A stretch of DNA of 64,000 nt from Octopus vulgaris (taxonomy: Eukaryota), in NCBI GenBank assembly GCA_951406725.2, contig OX597833.1, forward strand, positions 1,798,001 to 1,862,000, given 5' to 3'. Below the pieces are notes generated by a model. It saw only the letters and a program-made list of their open reading frames with translations, did no database searches and was not told the DNA's origin. Positions 55,968 to 64,000 of the stretch are shown piece after piece (positions within the stretch are counted from its first letter, which is position 1; each line of letters opens with the position of its first letter). The translations under genes were made by a program, and so were the position numbers.

Positions 55968-56565
55968 AGGCGGCGAGCTGGCAGAAACGTTAGCACGCCG
56001 GGCGAAATACTTGGCGGTATTTCGTCTGCGTTACGTTGTGAGTTCAAATTCCGCCGAGGTCGACTTTGCCTTTCATCCTTCCGGGGTCGATAAATTAAGT
56101 ACCAGTTACGCACTTGGGTCGATGTAATCGACTTAATACCTATGTCTGTCCTTGTTTGTCCCCTCTGTGTTTGGCCCCTTGTGGGTAGTAAAGAAATAGA
56201 TATTTCGTCAGCCGTTAAGTTCTGAGTTCAAATTCCGCCGAGGTCGACTTTGCCTTTCATCCTTTCGGGTCGATTAAACAAGTACCAGTTACGCACTGGG
56301 GTCGATGTAATCGACTTAATACCTATGTCTGTCATTGTTTGTCCCCTCTGTGTTTGGCCCCTTGTGGGTAGCAAAGAAATAGATATTTCGTCAGTCGCTA
56401 CGTTCTGAGTTCAAATTCCGCCGAGGTCGACTTTGCCTTTCATCCTTTCGGGGTCGATAAATTAAGTACCAGTTACGCACTGTGGTCGATGTAATCGACT
56501 TAATACCTATGTCTGTCCTAGTTTATCCCCTCTGTGTTTAGTCCCTTGTGGGTAATAAAGAAATA
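55968..56565 (+). mobile_element. Family C SINE trimer
   Basis: TSD ggtaaccatgcg at 55951-55962 and 56566-56577. Confidence 0.9.
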
Positions 56566-56819
56566 GGTAACCATGCGTCTGACTCACTTGGAGTTCCAGG
56601 TGATAGTGGTATTAATCTCTGCGCTGCATGAAGTATATTACTCAAGTAAACCATGGCGGGATTTTAACTCAGAACACAACGTTTCGGAGTAAATACCAAT
56701 AGGTATCCGGTCCCATATTCTCGCGGGTCTGCAGATCTACCTCACTCGATTGGTGCTTCTTTTTGTTTGTGAAACTCAAAACTATGAAAGGTATATATAT
56801 ATATATGCATATATGTATA

Positions 56820-57020
56820 TGTTTGTGTGTCTGTGTTTGTCCCCCCAACATCGCTTGACAACATATGCTGGTGTGTTTACGTCCCCGTCACTTAGCGGTT
56901 CGGCAAGAGGGACCGATAGAATAAGTAACTAGGTTGACAAAGAATGAGTCCTAGGGTCGATTTGCTCGACTAAAGCGGTGCTCCAGCATGGGTACAGTCA
57001 AATGGCTAAAACAAATAAAA
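56820..57020 (+). mobile_element. Family B SINE, 3' half
   Basis: gtttgtccccccaacatcgcttgacaac...cagtcaaatggctaaaac. Confidence 0.8.
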
Positions 57021-57041
57021 AATACAAACACACACACATAC

Positions 57042-57121
<80 letters not shown>

Positions 57122-58316
57122 ACACACGACACGCACAAGGACAGAAAGAGAAATTGATAAATAGACAATTGAATAAAACAGGGAAATTTTAGTCCCGGAC
57201 ATCCTTGTCCTGGATTGTTTCTAGAACATGTTAGTAGGGTGGAGAGGATCTCTGCGGTTTTGTGTATGCATTATTGGACCTAAAATGTTAGGTTCTGCAA
57301 TCGCAAGAGAGCTGACTTTCTGATGGCCGGGTGGTGAGCACAGAGGCCTCAGGCGCAGGCTCGGATGAAATGGAGCGGAATTACAGTAACCTCATGCATA
57401 AGGATTCTGGTATTTTGTATGAGCACTGGTTTGTGTTGGTCTTATTCGGTCACGAGTGGACAGCCATCGTATATACGAGCTTCGATATATCATTAGTTTC
57501 GATATATCATTACCCAGTGGAAAGGATATTCCGGTTGTCACAAGCTACCGACGTTTCCTAGTATGCGACATAATGTTACTTCTAGAACCAGTAATGCCGG
57601 AGACAGCTATTCTTCTATTCCTGAATTGAGTATGTCCATTCGGAACGCAAAAGATAGTAATCTACAATATCAATTCTTATGTTCAATGTACCAGTATTTT
57701 ATTTTGTTTAGGAAAGAATTCGTATGTAAAGAATCTGCATTACTTTCATTCCGGGCGATTACACTGGACACTAACGTAGAGTAAGGAATTATGTTGTTAA
57801 GAATCTATTTACTAATGATTATTATATCAGATTTTGGTAGCGTTAATAAGTTTAGATGTTGCTTTCGATTAAACTCTATCTTTTGTATCTTAACGGCCAC
57901 AATCTTCTCTTGTTTCGGCGTTAATGTCGTCGAAACAAGTGAAATCATTTTATATGTTGTAGTGATGGTGTTGGAGATTAAGCTACGGTAGGTTTGTTTA
58001 TCTATTTCTTAGAGATCTTTTGTTATCTCTGTCAGTACGAAAAATATTTTCTTTATTCCATTTGTTTTTCTTTTTAGATTTTAATTCTTACTATAGTTCA
58101 TGTGTTGACTGCTTCGATTTAATGTTTTATAGAATTCAGAAAAGACTTTTCTGCGTAGGTGAAGACATACTCCTATTTAAAGAAAATCGAACTCACATAC
58201 ATAAGGTGTGTGTTTTGTTTATACACCTCGAGCTATTTCTCATTCGTATTTGGACACTCCCATCTGTTTCATTCGGTGGACCGTACCAGACCCCCTGCCT
58301 ATTAATGTTGTGTATA

Positions 58317-58729
58317 AGGCGGCGAGCTGGCAGAATCGTTAGCACGCCGGGCGAAATGCGTCGCCGTATTTCGTCTGCCGTTACGTTCTGAGTTCAAATT
58401 CCGCCGAGGTCGACTTTGTCTTTCATCCTTTCGGGGTCGATAAAGTAAGTACCAGTTTTGTACTGGTGTCAATGTAATCAACTTAATCCGTTTGTATGTC
58501 CTTGTTTGTCCCCTCTATGTTTAGCCCCTGTGGGTAATAAAAAACAGGTATTTCGTCTGCCGTTACGTTCTGAGTTCAAATTCCGCCGAGGTCGACTTTA
58601 CCTTTCATCCTTTCGGGGTCGATTAAACAAGTACCAGTTACGCACTGGGGTCGATGTAATCGACTTAATACCTATGTCTGTCCTTGTCTGTCCCTTTGTG
58701 TTTAGCCCCTTGTGGGCAGTAAAGAAATA
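58317..58729 (+). mobile_element. Family C SINE dimer
   Basis: TSD tattaatgttgtgtat at 58300-58315 and 58730-58745. Confidence 0.92.
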
Positions 58730-59690
58730 TATTAATGTTGTGTATCTGACTTTCAAATCCGTGCCCGTGGTATATTTAAAACATTACATAGATTTACGTA
58801 AGACACATTTTAAATATTTCGCTACATTCAGAATAGTTGGAATAAAGGTGCACAGTGGCATAGTGGTGAGGATTCGCACTCACGATTTTCGGAAACTGAT
58901 TTCGATTCCTGGTTCGGCTAGTACGTTACTTTCACCATATTTCAACTCCACTCATCTGCAGATAAATTCCAGAAATACATGGTAAGTTTAGTCTGCGACT
59001 AACTGGTGTACTGTTCAGAGCGAATGTTGGAATCTCAGTCAATTTTTACCTTATAAAAACCAGGGTACTGTACGGGTTTATGAGGCCTATGGCTCAAGAG
59101 AGACCCAAGGCCCAGTAATCACAACTGAGGCAGCTAAGCATTTGAGAGGACACGCAATACGTTGCTTTTGACTCAAGCCATTTTTAGGTTAAGTTGAAAC
59201 TCTAACTCTATTTCTGGTTTAGTGTGATGGCAGTATTTCTTCCAACTCTTCGTGTTCTGAGTTCAAATTGCCCCGATGTCAACTTTGTTTTGCGTTCTTT
59301 CGCAATACGGAAAATATTGGTGATACAAAATATATTAACAAGGATATACTATATTTGTAACTTCATATTTCATTAAATTTTCTTGTCATTTCTGAATACT
59401 TTAAGTGGAGAGATGGCAGAATCTTCAGAGCATAGGAAAAATAAAGCCTTGTGGTATATGTTCCGGTTCTTTACGAGGGGTGTATGAAAAGTTTTGAACC
59501 TTCAAGACCTTTGAGCCTTGAAATCTTGTACCTTCATCAGAAGTCTTGTTCCACTTTTTTTTAGGCTCAAGACTTCTGACGAAAGTCTTTGTATATTAAG
59601 TTTTCTTAATCCGTCGTGGTTAACTTTGCCTCGCGTCATTTTCCAAAACACAACCCCCCACCCCACCCCAGAAATATATGGGCGTTTATC

Positions 59691-60994
59691 TGTTACTTTA
59701 TTACCCTCAAGGGGTTAAACATAGAGAGAATAAACAAGGTCAGACAAACGGATTGAATCGATTACATCGACCCCAGTGCGTAACTGGTACTTAATTCATC
59801 GACCCCGAAAGGATGAAAGGCAAAGTCGACCTCGGCGGAATTTGAACTCAGAACGTAGCGACAGACGAAATACCTATTTCTTTACAACCCACAAGGGGCT
59901 AAACACAGAGGGGAAAAACAAGGACAGACAAACGGATTAAGTCGATTACATCGACCCCAGTGCGTAACTGGTACGTAATTTATCGACCCCGAAAGGATGA
60001 AAGGCAAAGTCGAACTCGGCGGAATTTGAACTCAGATCGTAACGGCAGACGAAATACCTATTTCTTTACAACCCACAAAGGGCTAAACACAGAGGGGAAA
60101 AACAAGGACAGACAAACGGATTAAGTCGATTACATCGACCCCAGTGCGTAACTGGTACGTAATTTATCGACCCCGAAAGGATGAAAGGCAAAGTCGACCT
60201 CGGCGGAATTTGAACTCAGATCGTAACGGCAGACGAAATACCTATTTCTTTACAACCCACAAAGGGCTAAACACAGAGGGGAAAAACAAGGACAGACAAA
60301 CTGATTAAGTCGATTACATCGACCCCTGTGCGTAACTGGTACTTAATTTATCGATCCTGAAAGGATGAAAGGCGAAGTCGACCTCGGTGGAATTTGAACT
60401 CAGATCGTAACGGCAGACGAAATACCTATTTCTTTACAACCCACAAAGGGCTAAACACAGAGGTGAAAAACAAGGACAGACAAACGGATTAAGCCGATTA
60501 CATCGACTCCAGTACGTAACTGGTACGTAATTTATCGACCCCGAAAGGATGAAAGGCAAAGTCGACCTCGGCGGAATTTGAACTCAGATCGTAACGGCAG
60601 ACGAAATACCTATTTCTTTACAACCCACTAGGGGCTAAACATAGAGGGGACAAACAAGGACAGACAAACGGATTAAGTCGATTACATCGACCCCGAAAGG
60701 ATGAAAGGCAAAGTCGACTTCGGTGGAATTTGAACTCAGATCGTAACGGCAGACGAAATACCTATTTCTTTACAACCCACAAGGGGCTAAACATAGAGGG
60801 GACAAACAAGGACAGACAAACGGATTAAGTCGATTACATCGACCCCAGTGCGTAACTGGTACTTAATTTATCCACCCCGAAAGGATGAAAGGCAAAGTCG
60901 ACCTCGGCGGAATTTGAACTCAGAACGTAACGGCAGACGAAATACGGCTACGCATTTCGCCCGGGGTGCTAACGGTTCTGCCAGCTCGCCGCTT
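59691..60994 (-). mobile_element. Family C SINE heptamer
   Basis: One head plus seven ~183-bp bodies (one with an internal deletion). TSD tatgggcgtttatc at 59677-59690 and 60995-61008. Confidence 0.92.
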
Positions 60995-62209
60995 TATGGG
61001 CGTTTATCGTAACCAGAAGGGATTTATTGAACTAGCTGCGGAGCTTCTTCTTCGTTGCTCGTTGCAGTAGAAATAACGATAGCAATAACAACAACAACAA
61101 CAACAGCAACAACAACAACAACAACAACAAAGTCAAATTACTTTATAGACAGAAGCTGAAAACTTACGAATTTTTAACGAAATTCTTCTGTAAAAGTAGT
61201 TGGATAGTTTTGTCTTTTTCTCGTTTTCGTCATTGAAATAATTTAATATCCATGCTTCGATGACCTTGTGGCAAATACTCAAAAAGATCCTTTTTCTTGT
61301 TATTCATCATCTGCTTCTTTACTTTTTACGTTTTGTTCTTCTTTTCTTGCGTTTTGTTCTCTTTCTACTTTTGTTCCATTTTCCTTATTCTTTTGGTTTT
61401 CGCATTTTTCTCTATCCTTTTTTTTTTTTGCTCCGTCCATTTTCTTTATCTTCTTTGCCTCCATCATGTTCAAGGTTTTCTACATTTTCGTTTTCAAAGT
61501 TGTCTTTGTTATTTCCGTTTTCTTTTTATTTTTTACTTTATTTCTTCCATATTCTTCTTCTTCTTCTTCTTCTTCTTCTTCTTCTTCTTCTTCTTCCTCT
61601 TCTCCTCCCCTCTCTCCCCCATCCTCCTTCCTTTCTCATTCTCATTTTTTATCCTTTTGTTTAGTCTCGCTTCTTCCAACAAACAACGAATTCTCGCATG
61701 TACGTAACAAAATTATTTACAAATTTGTTTAAGACATCGTTGATATCGATATAATTATGTTTTCCAGCGAATAACGAAATTTCATTTCCGAACAATGCGT
61801 TGCATTAAATCGAGGCGAAATGGTTTTAGCGAAAATTGCAGAAACTGTAAATATCCGCCGGAAAAAAGAAGCAATTTTTTAGCCTTATCTTTTTCAAAAA
61901 TTTTCAGCGAAAATACATCGACTTTACTAGTTCGATATGTATTTGTGCGTTTGGTTTTCTATTCTACTCTCTTCCATATTTTCATTTTATTTCTAATTCC
62001 AGAATTATAGACCTTCCGAGTGTTAATTTTAGAATATTCAAAATATGTAAATGATATTGAAAAGTACGAATAAAAATTAAAATAAAATTACCGCGGTAAT
62101 TGTGTTCACACGTACGCATGCTTCGATGTGTATGTGTGTGAGTATGTGCGTGTATATGAGGGGGTGTAGGTCTTCGTAGTTCTTTCATTTCAGTTATTCG
62201 TGTCAAAAC

Positions 62210-62547
62210 AGAACTCCGCCGAGGTCGACTTGGCCTTTCATCCTTTCGGGGTCGATTAAATAAAGTACCAGTTTCGCACTGGGGTCGATGTAATCGACTT
62301 AATCCCTTTGTCTGTTCTTGTTTGTCCCCTCTGTGTTTAGCCCCTTATGGGTAGTAAAGAAATAGGTATTCGTCTGCCGCTACGTTCTGAGTTCAAATTC
62401 CGCCAAGGTCGACTTTGCCTTTCATCCTTTCGGGATCGATAAATAAAGTACCAGTTTTGCACTGGGGTCGATGTAATCGACTTAATCCCTTTGTTTGTCC
62501 TTGTTTGTCCCCTCTATGTTTAACCCCTTGTCGGCAGTAAAGAAATA
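62210..62547 (+). mobile_element. Family C SINE dimer, 5'-truncated
   Basis: No head. TSD tattcgtgtcaaaac at 62195-62209 and 62548-62562. Confidence 0.9.
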
Positions 62548-63533
62548 TATTCGTGTCAAAACGGCATTTCTTGTTTAACCAGAGGTCAGCCGAACTCAGC
62601 ATATCTATAATCATAGGCGTCCCAAAAGAAATTATCCTGTCTCCTACTCTTTTGCATTTCTTTTTTTTTTTTTTGTATTTCTCAAACTACAATCATTAAC
62701 AAGTCTTTTTTTTAAAGAATTAGTTTGTTAGTTAAAAGAAACTGGTTGTTATTGCAAGGGGATATAACGACCATCTAAGCCAGGATGTTGTATTAATAAC
62801 GTTCGTATTTTCTCTAATCTAATCCCGAACAATGTTCTTATAAGTACATCTAAGAAGGGGGAATGGAATAGATATATTTTTTAATTAATATAACGGCCAT
62901 CATGTGTATAATTGCTTATGGAATTATACCCCATGCCTCCCTAAAATTTTTGATTTTCAAATTGTTAATATTTCTGGTTCAAAATACAGCATTCATTGAG
63001 CTGGTCAAATAAAACCAGTACATGTTTCTCGCATCCACTGATTGGTTTAAAAATAAAATAAATTTCTATTTCTACAGCAAGTTCTGATTTTGAACGATCC
63101 TCAGGACACACGTGACCGGTTTCTGCCGGAATAGTTATACATATTATAATAAAACATTCGTCTTGCATAATAGCTCGTCATAAAGTTTCTAATTCTGGAA
63201 GGAATAATATCAGTTAAAGGATTTCTAGTTTAAGGAGGGTTTGTTGCATATGACTTTACAACGAGGTAGACTCAGCCAATGTCATACACATTTCTGAATT
63301 TTACAGCTGCCGAGAGCAGAAGAAACAACATTGACCTCTTTGGAGGTGTTCGACATTCAGTCTCATCAAGTGTCAATAAATCGATCGATATGTTTCTTGA
63401 TATACAAACAAAGACAGATGTATCACAAATATAAAAATCGATCGTGGAACACTTTTTTTTTTCCTGTGGTTCTAACATATTGATTTTTTTTTCAGGTTTA
63501 CATAATACTGTGCGTGATAATATTGTCTATGTA

Positions 63534-63586
<53 letters not shown>

Positions 63587-63625
63587 TTACAGACAAACAA
63601 AAGACGAACTATTTATATATTTAAA

Positions 63626-63671
<46 letters not shown>

Positions 63672-63735
63672 GTATGTACGTATATATTATATAAGTATAT
63701 ATATATATATATATCCATGCATATATGCATATATG

Positions 63736-63786
<51 letters not shown>

Positions 63787-64000
63787 TGTAGGTAGATAGA
63801 AAAATTAATCGTTGAATCGTTCGTTGTGGCATAGGAAAACTATTTCATGCGAGTTCTTCATATCTTCCGGTTCTGCATTGCAAGTTCGTCTCCCACAATT
63901 GCAGACTTAGTCGACTAAAACATTAGCTCCCAGATTGCTGGCCTCGTATCGATTTTCGAATGAAATACAATCACAAAGTATGGAAAGCCAACCGATGTCA

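Noticed and set aside
59691-60994. CRISPR-like or tRNA gene array
   Set aside because: The units are near-identical SINE bodies with no unique spacers, no cas genes and no complete cloverleaf.
63060-63420. Two acceptor-like sites (ttctacag, ttttacag) as exon starts
   Set aside because: No matching donors and no recognisable peptide.

Overview
AT-rich, microsatellite-saturated eukaryotic DNA, intergenic or intronic. The repeat complement looks like an octopus (cephalopod) genome; this is inferred from the SINE types, not confirmed by a search. I can support no host protein-coding gene: almost all listed ORFs are translations of (TA)n, (TACA)n, (TCTA)n, (TAA)n or (ATC)n. The real coding remnants are all from transposable elements: R4/Dong LINEs in (TAA)n, Tx1/L1-clade LINEs in (TCTA)n, a CR1-type LINE, an RTE 3' end, a DD37D (maT) Tc1/mariner transposase and a Helitron PIF1 helicase. 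There are also three non-autonomous Helitrons, at least three tRNA-derived SINE families and Penelope-like remnants with decayed minimal hammerhead ribozymes. Most notable: (1) a SINE inserted as target-site-duplication (TSD)-flanked head-to-tail multimers of 2-7 units with one fixed junction; (2) its 3' tail matches a Tx1-like LINE whose copies all sit in TCTA repeats; (3) several 100-370 bp templated copies of nearby DNA; (4) fold-back inserts in (TA)n tracts. Coordinates were read by eye and may be off by a few bases.
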